64,000 bases of DNA from Phoronis australis (GCA_002633005.1 NMRA01000351.1:297258-361257), one strand, 5' to 3'. Counted from the first letter of the stretch, positions 1 through 15,000 are shown. The notes: generated by a model from the letters alone, not told the origin. Made by a program: numbers and translations.

Positions 1-89
1 TCGGAACGACCAACGGACATGTGCACCATCACATATGTCTAAATATCTATAGAGAATAGTCCATCCAAGCAGAACAAGGCGAATGCACA

Positions 90-3000
90 ATGTACGGCCT
101 TCTTTTACAAAGTATATATGATTATCTTAGGACACGTTATGGGGAGCAAACGTTTGATCGAATTCGCGTCAAGGCCAACATTCCTCATCACAGTTTCGCG
201 ACTCATCAGGTGTATAGCGAGACGGTCATTCCGCGGTTGGCGGCGGCCGCACGAGACGTAACTGGGACACCATATGAGGACGTCATGGAAGGCCTAGGGC
301 AGTCATTTGTTACTTACATGGGGCAATACGGATATGACAAACTATTACAAGTTCTTGGACGGAACCTTAGAGATTTTCTCAATGGTTTAGACAACTTACA
401 CGAGTATATCAAGTTTAGTTACCCTAAAATTAATGCCCCGTCCTTTTTCTGCGACTGCGAGACCGCTGCAGGAGTTACGCTGCACTACAGAACAAAAAGA
501 AAAGGTTTTGTGTATTACGTAATAGGACAGATAAAGGAAGTGGCCCGGCAGTTCTACAACCAGGACATCAAAATTGAAGTAACACGAGTTCAAGAATTCG
601 AAGCATCAATTCACGTGGTCTATCAACTATATTTCGAGAACTCAGACTTCATGAAAGACGAACAACTCAGCAGCATTCATCCACAAACGAATTTGCAAAT
701 TAATTCAGACATCTTCTTTGACGGTAGGTTTAATCGATAAGTAAGATTTACTAGCTTTTTCGAGTCCTTTAAAGTTCCATGCAGCGCCATCAAATCTTGC
801 TCTGGGAGGAACACTTTGTTGTAGTCTCCCTAATTACACATGGTATCATCATCAGTGATTGCTTCAGGAAAATTCACTAACTTCGCTAACTCGATTAATT
901 CAAATTTGAGGCTTACGACTTGGTCTTGGCCTAATCAGCGCTGCGCGGGACACTTCCCTATGGTCACCTGCATGAAATAGAACTTTGTAAGTTCGCCAGA
1001 TGCTTCGAGAATTTCAGTGACGCGTGGAATTAGTTATTGTGCATTACTTTTCATACCAAGTTTCTCCAAAAGGCAAGGTTGTTACTTTCTTTTGTATGCA
1101 TTTGGTACCTGAACAAGAATATCTATGTTTTCTAAACCTGTAGAAGGAAAAGAATCAAGGCAACACTATTTAATTTTGCTTAATGGCAACAGTTTGATTG
1201 GCATGGGAACAGTTTAATTGGCATGTTGATTTCAGACTATTTCTACAATTGACCTATCGCAAGCTCCGCCCCCTTGCGTAATGTGGACTAACAAACAATA
1301 AGTTTTACCCGGCAACGTGTTGTTTGTCGGGTAAAATGGCGGCTTGGAAACGAAGGTGCCAGAACGATGAGTTCTAAATGGTCACTTAAGTCGTCACTCA
1401 AAATCCTGGCGATAGGTCAAATATCCTGAAACGTGCTCACACAATGTTCAGCTTTGGTCTTTTGCAATTTGTTTTTTTAGCCTTTCTTCCAACCACGATT
1501 TCTGAAACTTTCAAAACGAGATGCTGTCTTTGTGCCAATTGACCTATCGCAAACTCCGCCCCTTGCGAAAAGTCGAGAAACAAACAATAACTTTTACCCG
1601 ACAACGTGTTGTTTGTAGGGTAAAATGGCGGCTTGGAAACGAAGGTGTGTTAAGAATGCTGCATTCTAATTGGTCAATTAAGCCATCACTCAAAATGCTG
1701 GATATAGTTCAATTGCTTTAACCGTTTTGATTTTGATAACAAAAGGGTATTGTGACGTACAACGTCTATTGTTTACGCGACCTACGGCGAGTTCAGACTT
1801 TTGTCGTTGCTATTGCTAAATTTATTGGACAACAATTAAAAGAAGAAAAAACACGCTGTGTGTTTTATTTGCTGATCACAGAATACTAAAACCAGGCACA
1901 CTTTTATCTTGCTTCGAATTTATACCCACTTGAAGTTCCTTTACACTGCACCTAGAATAGGCGGAAACGGCATCACTGCCAACTGCCGCTATGTTGCTCG
2001 AGTCAACAGAATTCTTGTTAAAGCTAACGCACGTGTGTAACACCTCGAATGTGCCTCCGATTTGTGATTTGTGCCCGTTGCGTGTGAACTAAAATTTTCA
2101 CACGGAGCTACTTCATATGGAAGTAAGTGCATTGCCGTCTCTGGCGGAGTAAACGAGGCTTACTCCATGTACACCGGTGGTTTAAGTTGTACCTGTATAA
2201 CTCGCACGTATTTGAGTGCGTGGGGTCAAGTTCTACTTGTACAAGTAGCGCTTACGTTGATACAAGTACTTGTGCCAGTTAAATCGACCCGATCATTTTA
2301 CTGCGATTTCAGTACAAACGGGGTTTTACGTTCCTTAGTTGCTGAAAGCATTTGTACTAATGGAACTGGAGAGATTCCGCAATTTTCAAATTGAAACAGT
2401 TTGGGCAATCCTAGAGCGAGCTGTCGCAATTTTTGTCACCACAGTTAGTGGTTATAGTGGAGGTGCATCAACTGTCTTAACTGCTGCAGTGTTGTAAAGA
2501 TGTTTGAACTACAAATTGTCGAGATGCAATCAAAACGCGGTTGAGTGCTGTGACGGTTTGTACAAGTCATTGGAGAATTGAGAGATGAATGATTCTGCTG
2601 CCGCAAAATGGTCGGCGACCAGGGAAGTGAAGGAGGTTGAGGCGACCGGAGGAAAAGGACAGCTTTCTCTCTGCGAGCCATGAAATTGGAGAATAGTGAT
2701 TGCATCGAATATATTCACTGACGACGGTGGAGAAGATAAGTGTGACCGTCGCCTCATGTTGCTTCCAACTTACGACAATTTACATGTATGCTCAGACTGT
2801 CCCAATTTGAGGATTGCGACAGTTTGTGGTACTGCGTCAGTTTCCACTGGCGTGCAAAGTGTGTGCCTTATTTTACATAATGTTGTTTTGCAGTGTTCCC
2901 ATTTAACATAGTGTTTGACAAAGACATGATCATAGCCAACACAGGAGCCGGGCTGAATGCTGTCATGAATGATCTCCGGGGTACTCAAATTGATGACGCC

Positions 3001-6000
3001 TTCACTATCGTTCGGCCTCTTGTGGACCTCACGTGGAGCAATGTAAGTCGGCCCATCTTTTGAATTAACGGTGGGTTAACGGTAATACACTTTCATATGA
3101 AAGGGCGTTTCCTGCCTACTACTGACCTAAATACTACCGGAAAAGGTGCGATTAACTCTAACACACCGGTCTCTGATTTATCGTTGCCACGACTATAATT
3201 TCAGATACATTTAGTCTACGTGAGCCACAATTAGCTTCTATAATCAAAGGGAGCTAAAAAATCGGAAAAGTTGTCCAACCCGTAAAACTGATGGGATTTG
3301 ATTCAATTATACATGTATTCGCCAATGCTCTGAATTATGTGTTTGGTGGTGGTGGTGGGGATTACTTTTTACCGTGATATGCATGGGCGCACCCAGGGGG
3401 GGGGGGGGCTCACGAGCCCCCCGATTTGCCGAATTGGGCAAAAAGATCCGCCTCAGCGAAACAAAAAGTCCTAATAAACGAGACAAAAGTCCACAAAGTC
3501 CACAGGAATTCTGCGCGGATGCACAATTCGTAGACCTGAACCTAGTGGCCCCGTTTTTTAGTCCTCGTTGATTTTTGGAGCCCTCTATATTTTAGGCTGG
3601 GTGCGCGCATGATATGGGAACGTTAGAGGCATACTTTTGTGGTAATAATAGTCTATAATTCGCTTTACAAAAATGGTAGTTGTATAAGCAATTTATGAAA
3701 CGCACGTGTAAGTGAATGGCTAACAGTTGGCGTAATTATGTACAGTACACTCAGGGCCGTAGGAAGCGGGGGAAGGGGCGGGGGGGNAAAAATTTTCAGG
3801 CGTCAGGGCTAAACCGTGGCAACCGACATACTCATGGGGCGGGGACAGCCAAGAAAAGAAAGACTGCAGATAAGAGAGAAAACTCAAGGGAACATTTAAC
3901 AACTCTGTATCTGTGCATGGTTTACCTTTTGAGGACCCTGGTGAGGACATTGTTGTTGAGGTCTCCGCTTTCGCAGCACAGGTCGTCGAAATACTCTTGG
4001 AAACTTGCACGTAACGATTCATGCATATATTTAAAAAAATCGACAAAATTTGGAAAGCAAAGCTTTTGCGGAGCGTATTAATTTCCTGGATTTTTAAATT
4101 CAGTAAATCAATTTTGCGACTGCAAAACCATATTTTTCCAGAGTCCCCTCTATGGCAAGGGATAACGGAACAACAGTAGCTTTTTTCTCAAATTGTATAT
4201 CACTTGAGAAAAATTGATAACCTGACAAATACCATCAATTGCTGTACATTTCTTGATTTTTGGAAATATAGATATTTTCACATAGAGGGCCCCACGTCTG
4301 AAGTAGGCCATTGATCACATTCTAGTGGCCACAGTTTTTATGTTTCTATTGACATATTCTTACGCAGAGAGGACCCAATGTTGGATTCGATTACGTCTAT
4401 TTTCCTTTGTTGTTATAAAATAATATTACTGGTTTCCATATTATCACAAGAATAGCATCTCTTCTGAAGATGGTTACTATGAGTTGTTTATAAGAAATTC
4501 CCACGTGTGGAAAACACTGCTGCCGAGGCTACCATTGGGGTGACCGTGTACCTGTCGAACGAGTGTACCCAAATACTCGCAATAACAAACAAATTAAACA
4601 AATATTTCAGCGTTTTTTTGAGATCAAGTTAAACTCGTAAACCGTGATAGGTAATTCGAAATACACCTTACTATGAATGCCCTATCTCCAATTTCCCCCA
4701 GTTATCCGTCAAAAATTTGCGAGCATGCCTGCGGAAATTGCTTATAACATTCCGTTTTGGTCAACAAATTCGTTGGTTTCTGATTTACACACCTGTAACA
4801 TCCTCCGCCGCAGAGATAATGACTCTTGGGCTGTCTCCGGTGAGTCCATTCATACTGTCTTGAATGTTGTTTACATGTAGGTAAATTGTATCTACGAAAA
4901 CCGACAGGTTAATAGGTGATTTTTGGCAATTAGAAGCTAACCTTTCCAGAAATGAATACGATTCAGGGAATTTAGTTCGATCCCAAATAGTAAAGTGCAC
5001 TTGTGCGCTTTTTGCCTATCTAAAATAACTATCAAAAACATTAATGAAATTTGGACAACTTCCAAAAAATTACAATTCAAGTGACAATGAATGCATTGCT
5101 TTTTGACTTCGGTACAAGATTTGTTGTTTAAAGTCACTAACAGGGGATCAAAAAGGAATTAAGTAAACGCATTGCTCATGGATTTGATTGTTGATTTCTT
5201 TGTGATTTACATGTTTATGTATCTAGGAAAGTGGACTGATTGAGAGATGATTTTTTGACAATTAGAAGCTAATCTTGTAAGAAATGAAAATACTTCAAAG
5301 AACTTAATTGCAGGCTGACATTGAGAAAATTTGATCTGTCATCAGATCCCCAAATGTAGAAGTACACTAAACGATTTTTGTTTATTTGTCTCAAGGAAAT
5401 TCATGAATTTCAGACAGCTCAATAATGTGTCCTAAAATGTTCTCACAATTCAAATGACAATAAATTGTTTATTGGCTTAGGAACTAGATTACTGGGTTTA
5501 AGTTTACAAATCGTAGATCGAAAACGAAGTTTAAGTGCTTAAATAAATCAAATCAAACTTTTTGATCATCAACTTGGGAAGGTTGTCTTTGAACTTCCTT
5601 GATGTTTTTGGTTTCCAGTAGTATTGAGCAATGAATTTTTGTTCTTCAAAACTGAATCGTTTGCTTACATTTCCCGTGCATACTACACACACGGCATGCG
5701 CACACCCAGCCTAAAATATAGGGGGCTCGAATTTTTGGGGATGTGGACCTTTTACTAAAGAAAAACAAACGAATGCGGGGTCTGTTCAGGGCTATGAATT
5801 GTGCATATGCCGAATCCTGCCTTTTAGAGGACGTTTGTTTCGTTTTTCTCGAGGCTGACCTTTTTGCCCACTTTCCCATCGAGTCCCCCCCAGGTGCGCG
5901 CATGCACGGAGAACGTCATGATAGGCATATCCATGTTAAAAATAAGGTGTAACCATGCAGTAAGCCTGCTTAAAATCTCAATTACCCACGGGAACTGAAT

Positions 6001-9000
6001 TTGAACTCCATACGTTGAAGTGTATACTGCATTTTTGGGACACACTCTGTATCATTTTACCCAGCAACCAGAAACTGGGTTACCGGCTGTGTTCCATCAA
6101 GGGATTCTGAAACGGCCACAAAAGCACGCATACAAGGCACCTCGGGACTTCACTTTTTCAAACATTACTTCAAAGATCATAATAATATAAAAGGAACCTT
6201 GAGCTTCGATCCAGCTATAGTTACTTCAGGCAGCTCCCAGCTACCCTGCAGTGGGCTCGGGGCCTAGACCTATTCTTACTCTTCGTTAACCTTTGTTGGT
6301 TCACGGTTACTCAAACCCTGATGGCTGCATCCCCGCTATTACCCCATCTCAGTATGGCAGACGTGGGAGTAGGGGGGTGGGGGAGGTTTGGTACAAATAT
6401 GGTGACATCCAGGGAACAGGGGGGTGACGATAGCGTAGGTTGGCGAAGTCAAATTGGTTTGTACCCCCCAATAATTTTTTCCTTCCTACGGGCCTGACAC
6501 TGTATACATGTACGTACCTTCTGCCTCTAGGTTTGAATCTATTAGTATCTCTAAGGTAACTAAAGATACGCGTAGACGCTTGATTTAACAGTGGATTGGG
6601 AAACCGTGTACAAATAAGAAAGTAGTAATAAGATAATGATTACTTGATCATATTCCTTATGAGGAATCGGTCTGACCATTAGTACCCGATATAGGCAATT
6701 GGAATCGTGAGCATATACTTCTTAACGAACGTAAGCTAATTGCGAATTTCAGGAGTAGATTGACGCTCGGTTTAATTAAGATAACTGTAAACGTAAACCT
6801 TGTTTACAAGGTTGTACTGGTGTGCAAAATCTTAAACTCTGTTAGCTGTAACCCTTACAAGGTATATATTTTCTGAAAAGTGGATAAACTTCCTAACAAA
6901 ATTAAATTTATTATTCATATTTATTTGCCTTTACTTTTCACAAGATACATGTACGCATTTTTTAGTAAAATAATTGACTTTGAACATAGATTTTAAAAAA
7001 ATTGTTCCTCCAACTGATTTTTTGTAAACATTTTGATAACGGCATTTTTGAGAGAACCGTGTCTCACATTTTTGAAATAGGTCTTATTTGTAGTTATCCA
7101 CTTTTGAGCAAAAACAGCCGTAATTTTGGTTTTTGGAGGCTTTGTTATAAAAAAACTAGAACTTAAATCGGGATTATGAGACACGGTTCCCTTTGGAAGT
7201 TATCAACTAGCAAGTAGTCGAAATTTCATAGCAATTCGTTCACGCATCTCAAAGAAATCAATGTACAAAAATTGAAATAAACTCCAAAATCGCAACGCGA
7301 GAAATCGGCAATAATGCACGGCGGTGATCGAGAAGAGTACATGTACTTTCGGCATCACATCAGAACTTTCAGCAAGTAGTTTTCACAGGTAGTCAAGTAG
7401 GGTAGTTATAATTTCAACATATGATGAATTTGGGTATTAGGCAATGCAGAAAATAAGTAATAATGTTCAGTTTTAGCGACTTAGAATCTCATCTGCGCGA
7501 GTGCTCAGAATCACGTGATTAAATGCAGGCGCATAGCTTGTAGTCATATAGATGAACTAGGTCAACACGGCTTAATCGAGGGTTGGTATAACGTGGACAT
7601 GGTGTCAATAAAATACAGAACACAAACCCGGAGAATTTCGAAGCGCATTCAAAGAAATATTGAGAGAATTGTGCTGCGAGGTTGGTCGAAAAATGACCGA
7701 GCTCAGGGGTGAGAATTAGCAATGATTTTATAGTGCTAGTTAGAACCGAGGTATCAGTTTGCTACCAGGGGCGGATGCAAGGTTTTGAGTTGGGGGNNNN
7801 NNNTCAGAGCAGGGTATTAGCCAGGATACCGCCAGTCAGACATTCGCAACCCTGAAGTGTCAAATGGAATATGAGAGAATGTTAGGGGGTGGAGGCATGG
7901 CCCCCTTAAATCCGCCACTGGCTACATTAAAGCAGTTAAGATTTTGTTGAGATCAGAGTCCTACTGTGTAACCAGCAGGCCTTGTTCCTGTGTCGGCGAA
8001 CATGTTCAGGAAAAGGACAGAGTACAGTATGGTATATTGAAGAATACGGAGTAGACATACTGATCACTCGATCATCTATGAAAATATTCCAAGAACGACC
8101 AGTCATGGCAGATTCCCAGAAGGTTGACCAGAAGAAAATAAACTTGGCAGAAGAATTGAAGCTCATTTGCCTCAAAGTCAGAAACCCGCAAGCAAGAGAC
8201 TATCGTAAGCGGACTGAGGTGAGGCAGCACCAAAACTCGATAGCAGTAAACCACCGGGATTCCAAAAGTGATGACAAGAATACCGTGCAGCGTGCTAACC
8301 TTGAAAGCATCTTCACGGGGAAGTTACGATTGAGTACGCCGGCACGAAGGAAATGCCAGTGTCTGAAAATACAGGCTGCACTACCATAATTGTGGTTCGA
8401 TCAAGAGTAGTTGAACCAGGAGCTATAAACTACAGGAGGTGGTCAAGTGATCTGGTAGACTCAACCCTAAAATGTCTGCATCTCGCCAAAATAGAAATCA
8501 CCTCATCTTTCTACACAAGATAAGTGTTTGGAAACGTCAGGTGGTTTATTTGTTCACCGGGTACGAACTTGGCACTTAGGACCTTGAGGACGTTCAACGA
8601 CCACAACTGGCATAGCCAGGCACGAGAGAAATTCCTAGAGTCACTGGTGGAAGATCCGGAATGTGACACTCAAGTAAGTGGTAATTCTTAACAGAAAATT
8701 CTGACTTCAAGTCCAACAGGAGTGCAGACACTCATCTTATCACTTATAGCAGATCCGAAAAATCCAGATAAGAAGCAGTAATACCAGGGCTCAAGCAGAC
8801 GGACAGAAGCTGGCATTAATGCTCTATTTAAATGCCCGATAGTATAGGATGTTCAAAAAGCTCAAAGAAAGGAGCCATCAGACCGCAGCCTCACTTGAAC
8901 GACAGACCAAATACAAGTATTTTTGTACCAGGGAGTTCCAGCGAGGAATACATTGTTGCCGGTATAAAAGGAGTATGGAGATGAGCTGAAACAAGTAGAT

Positions 9001-12000
9001 TCAGTCAAGTTACGGAAGTCCATGATGAGGTTCGCCCAAGTTTTATAGAGTTCGGGGACATTTCTGAGGTGGGGGACATTTGATCATGTTACGGGCAGCT
9101 TCTACTGGCCAAGAGTGGTGAGAGAAGTGACCAAATTCATGAGACACCTTCCAAAGGATGACTCCGAAAAGGAACGTAGTTAAGGCACCGAAAGGGAGAA
9201 TTGTTTCTCAGGATAATGGTCGACCTGGCTGCAAAATTGTCGGACAAAGGGACACCTACATTCTCACGGCAGTTGAGTTTCCCACCCGGTTCCCAAAATA
9301 GTGGCACTGTCGAAGCTGGAGCGCTTGGCTGGAGAATTGTTTGTGGTCTTCAGTAGATTGGGGCTCCCGCGCGAGAGACCGTTGTACATAATCCATCTAC
9401 GAGCTTAACAAAGAAGTCATCAGACTTGTTAGTGCACAACTACTGAACACGACTCCTTACAACCCACTCTGTAACGGGCTCTGTGGCTCAACGGAGGAAA
9501 GCGGATTGGAATCCACATTGGAAAATGAGTCGAAAAAGACCAAGATACTGGACCGATACCTACCAGCCGACATGTTGGCATAGGATTTTTCAAGCTAACC
9601 CAGCAGTGCAAGGCCCATATGAAGTTTAGTGAGTAGTCAACCTTATAGACTATATGATCAATGTCTGACAAAGCGACCCTTAGGAGGCTCAGCTGTGAGA
9701 CCGCGCTTTAAAACCAGAGCAGCGAGAGCATGCAGTCCAACTGCTGCACGACTACTGCAACAGATTTGGCTAGCCATGTCAGTGAGTTTATAAAAGAACA
9801 GGTTGTGAGAGTTAGATCACGACAAATGTTCTACAGGCTCAGGGACAAAGGACGTGCAAGAGATGGAAAAAAATTATTGAACCTTCCACCTACACTTGTG
9901 CTTGCAGGTGTCCCGTATTTTGGTAGCCAACTAAGGACAGCACCGCAAGGTACATTATGTGATCATTGCCGTTGACTGAATTTTGTGACCAAGTTTGACA
10001 ACAAACCAGCCGGTAACTCAGAAGCGACCATGGCAAGATTTCGCGATCCTCAAGTTTCTGATCGATGTTCAACTTCACGAAAGAATAGTGTCAGAATCAC
10101 AAGAACGATCAGGGCAAGAAGGAAACAGCATTTTGCGACCCACGATGTGTGTTAAAACATAACGTAGAATTGTCGTGAGGACATGACAGGGACCTCAGGG
10201 GTCTCCCGATCCACTGGTTTATACACACTTGTTTGAAAAGGCTTTGTCCAGTTACACATTTTGTGTCATAAAAGAGATAATGATACCTGCAGCTAACGTG
10301 ACAAGTAGAACTACTCTTGTTTATCACATTGGTGTAGACTCACAGTAGAACTGTGGTTTTCTGTTGAGCCCAGACCGTCCGGAGTTGTAGCATATAGGCC
10401 TACCAACTCCAGACGGTCTCTCACGACGATTTAGCGTTATGATTCTGAAGGGTGCTTTTTGCCCAGTGTACTTGGCCCCTGCATTCAACAAGACGATGGG
10501 AGGCGACGGTGTTCTCAACACAACCACTTTGTCCCAACGCTGATTGATACATGTATGCTCCAGCGAGTAAGTCAACAGGTTTGATGATGACACTACGGTC
10601 AAAAAGCAGCATCGGCTACCAAGAACCCGAGTCCAGTTTCCCGTTGTACGTCACAGAGAAGAATAAGCACTTGGCGATAGTGTTGGCTGTGTATAACGTT
10701 TTTTTTCTCTACGGGACGGAGTTCGCGGAACAGACATACCAGATTGTTCTAAAACCCCCTCGACTCCTACACCCGACGACCTCCTCGACCCACTTCCCCC
10801 GACTCCTTCGACCCACGACCCCCCAACCCACGACCTACAACCAAGGAGTGTACATAGAATATTATACTACACTGCTTGACACAACCTCCTCGACCCAGTC
10901 TACAAGCGCGACTCAATCTGAACATAGAACAAGAGCTGACTTGCAGGACCAGTGAGTTGGGCCGTGAGCTCGGCTGGCTTTTCCCTGTTTTTGTTGCAAT
11001 TGAGAGAGTCGATTCGCCAAGCTTCAAAGCCAAAAAAAAAAACAAACAAAAAAACTGGTAACTCTAGACTGATGAGGAGGGAGATGGCCTGCAGACTAAT
11101 CAGTTTCACATAGAGGTCATGCTGGGGAAGACTGGTGTACATGTACAGCCTGTAGGTGTACTAAGCCTGTAAGGACTGGCAGAACAGAACAAGGGAGTTT
11201 CTTAGAGAAATACTCATGAGTGGACTCTGTACATATGATGGAGATAGTAAACAACTAAACATTCTAGAGCAACTTTATCTCTAGCAGGAATACAGTATGC
11301 TGACAGTAATACATTGACGTTTGTTTCGTTTGCAGTTGTTTGACCGTCCCAGATGAGATCAGACCAGTAATATAACAACTCATTTAAAATAGAAAAGCTG
11401 AGAATATTCTAGAGATTTTTAGTATATAATGGAATGATTAAGAACCATCGTTTAGGATATTCTACAAACCTGGAGCAGTGTAGAGGCGTTGAATGTTTTG
11501 GAAACCCTAGTCCAGTCTTCCAGAGTGATTGGGTAAATTCGAGAAAATCTCAGTTCATGTATGTCCTTGAATTGGTGAAAAATTCAAGAACATGTAACAT
11601 ACTATACTAACGCACAGATTAGTGGGAATTTATCAGGGAAATAGTCAACTCTTGAGTCTTTAAGTTAGTCTGTGAGGTAGTCGGTTGGTAAAACTTCAAG
11701 AATTCCTCACAAGTGATGGCTCCACGACATTGTCTGTAACATTAGATCAGACAGGTAAAATGTTGTTACGTGTTTTGCTTAAAGAAGCGATTAACTTAAA
11801 CAAATGTTTATAGCCCAGTATCTCACCGCATGATGCTTTTAGCACTGGTCGTTGACGACTTGAGCCAACCTGTTCATGGCAATCCCTTTATTATTTTTTT
11901 ACAGATCGTAATGCACACAAATACGCAATTTGAACTTACCACTATAGACCCCGTAAGGAAACTGTGTGTTCAAGAAGAGCTTTTTGGGGAAGGTGAGTAT

Positions 12001-15000
12001 TGCCATCTCGTGTATACCAAGGTGTTAAGAGGCAATATAAAACAACAATAACTGATGATTTTTGCCGAAGTCACTTTGTTATCTTTCAGACCTCAAACCT
12101 CACATTTCGGAGTCTAAAAACAACACAAGTGTACAGTTTGAAAATTAACCTGTAGCTGAAAAATAGTAGACTTGCCTTTTCCCCCAAATCAACCAAACGC
12201 ACTCACAAGCATCCGTTTCGTGTAGTACTGCTTACCGTTGCGAGACATTTTCCAAATTTTGATTGATCGGAACGTTTCTCATCGGTTGCAAAATTTTGCA
12301 CCGCTAAAAGCGATCGACTCTTGTGGAGATTAAGAACTTCATGACTAAGCGATCGCTAGTTGGTGAACTGACAGTATCAGATTTCGCACCAACTACAAAA
12401 TAATGGCGTTTTTCCCGACAACTGAACAGCTTACAGTGAAACTTTCCCTAGAGATATTCGGTTGCATATCATTCACTTGTTTCAGATATATTTCGTGCCC
12501 ATCAGTCCGACGTAATGTCAGCCTACCAGTCATCTGAAAATGACGACGGCGAATGTCTCCATTTAAAAGGACAGATGATGTACGTCGAGGAGTGGAGTTG
12601 CATGGTATTTCTGGGAACACCCGTGTACGTATCGGTTTTCGTTTAATTTCCTTTAGAGGTCAGATGCTCATTAAATGCACATGTTAAGGGCAAATCAAGA
12701 ACAAAACTTGCGAACCAACCAGGGCGAGAGCGTTCCGTTGACCTAGTTCCTTGCGAAGAAAGTAAAATCTCGCAAGACCTCACATAATAAGGGGAACTAA
12801 AAGCTAGTGTTTTGCGACCATGCTCGGGAGCTTACGTGCTTGTCCTAGCAAAATGGCCGCCACTAAAGTGATGAGACGATGACGTTGAGATGTTAAATAA
12901 TCGGATGGAATCGATAAATTTCGGGATTGAATTTGCTTGTTTCCATTCTATAAACGAAGATTTCTTGCCGCAAGTGCGAGCTAATTGCCATCAACGGAAC
13001 TCAACCCAATTCTGTGTAGCTAGTAACTACGACTGTGCATTTTCAGCATGGCTAACTTGGAGATGATGTTTAAACTGGGTTTATACATCAACGATCTCAG
13101 TATGCATGATTCCAGTCGAGATTTGGTATTGGCTGGAACTCAACAATCGGCAGAACTAAAGCTCGCCTTAGATCAGGTAATGATATCGTTTTTGTTTTGA
13201 TACGTTTCTACTTTACCCAAACACCTGGGTGTATTTAGTATTTTCTTAAAAAATATAAACGAATAATCCTGTCAACGGATTTATCGATTTTATTTCAATG
13301 TATTTCAAATTGATAAAAACAGAAAACATTTCATCAGGAACAAAAGAAGAGTCGGACACTTGAAGACAGTATGCGAAAACTTGACTTGGAAATGAAGCGG
13401 ACCGATACCCTTCTTTACCAGATGATACCCAAAACAGTGGCGGATAGACTTCGCAAAGGAGAGCCAGCTATGAACACTTGCGAGGTACTCGATCATTTTG
13501 CATCGCACGTGAACACTTACACTGTGATTCTATGCCACCATTACCTGCTAGTGACTGCATGTATAAATTGATTGCAATCATATAAAGTAAAGTAATCAAG
13601 ACTAGTTCCTATTAGGGACCAGCCAATACCACTATTTTCTGACTTAAGACTCGTCACTCAACAATGCCGTTGTGTATTACTTAACGTTGATGCCGCTGGG
13701 TCACGGCAGCACCTGGTCTAAATATACGGTTACTCTCCGCAAACACTTCGTAAATTGGTGTTTATTCGTCTCGTATATAGTAAATGTGCAGCTCTCAGGC
13801 AAAAAATATTCTACCGACTATACGCTTGTAGGATGTTTAGAACGTAAAAAGCTTACTCCCGTACAGAATAATACCAGAATAGCAAACAAACAGTGCTTTA
13901 TATATTATCTACAAACCTGTCGAAAATGTGGAAGTATACAACATTCCGGGCTCAGCTATTCATGAATACATGTGAAGTAATAAAACAATGGGGCTATTCG
14001 GAGAATTCTCCTCGCGGTGTCGGTGCTGTACTAGTGGTGATTGAATTGCGCATGCGTGGCTGTCTGCATGTAAACAACTGGTAAAAGATGGAATTTTTAT
14101 CAAAATACGCAGCACCTGATATGCCTGATTATGGACTCCCTCGCAATGTTGTTTCTTTCTGTGCTTTTTCAGTTTGCCATTTGTTTTTAAAAACACTGAT
14201 AATTGTTTATTCTCGAATCTTGTGCATAGCAGATTCTTGTCCAGCTAGCTACAATTGAAAACATACAATAAGACAATCGATGCAGTCACTGAATGTCATT
14301 TCCCCATAATCTGTACCAATAGCAAAAAGCCTTTCTTCTGAAAGGAAAATTTAATGTCACTCAGCTTTTGGCTTTCATTTCACTGGGTTCTAGTTTCAAT
14401 GGCCTATAGAAGCGCTTGTAAAAAAGGTCCAGTTTCAACACGTGGCTTTCTTTCATGTAACCTCATTCAACCTCAATAACATCCACAATTAGACCCTTGA
14501 AGGTAAACACAGCAGCATATCACTTGAATCGTTTCGAGCCCAAAATCAGACTCTGAACTAGACCAGAGTGTGACTAGGTCTTCTTTAGCTTCAGTCCCTC
14601 ATGTTTCTTCCAGGAAAGGGAATAAGCTATTGTCCACGAACGACTCATTGCCTATGAAAGGGCATCCTCACCAACAAGGCTTATTTGTGTAGCAGTCAGA
14701 TATACTGTAGTTCGTCTGGATACACAGACACTCCACTGGCACATTGTCTTATGGTAACTTAGTTCTGCGATTCACATTTCTCCAGGGCCACTGACTTGCA
14801 CATTGTGCCATGCAGCACTGCTGGTGTGTGGAAGTGCTGTGGGAAGAGAACGGAGTAACAAAGCTTGTGTATGATACAGCTCGAAGAGGCCTTAAAATGT
14901 CACTGAACCTGGAACAAATATTGAAATATGAATAATTAAGTACTCCAGATTGGATCAAAAATGTTATCCCTGTTTTTCAAAAATATATGGTGATTGGTCT

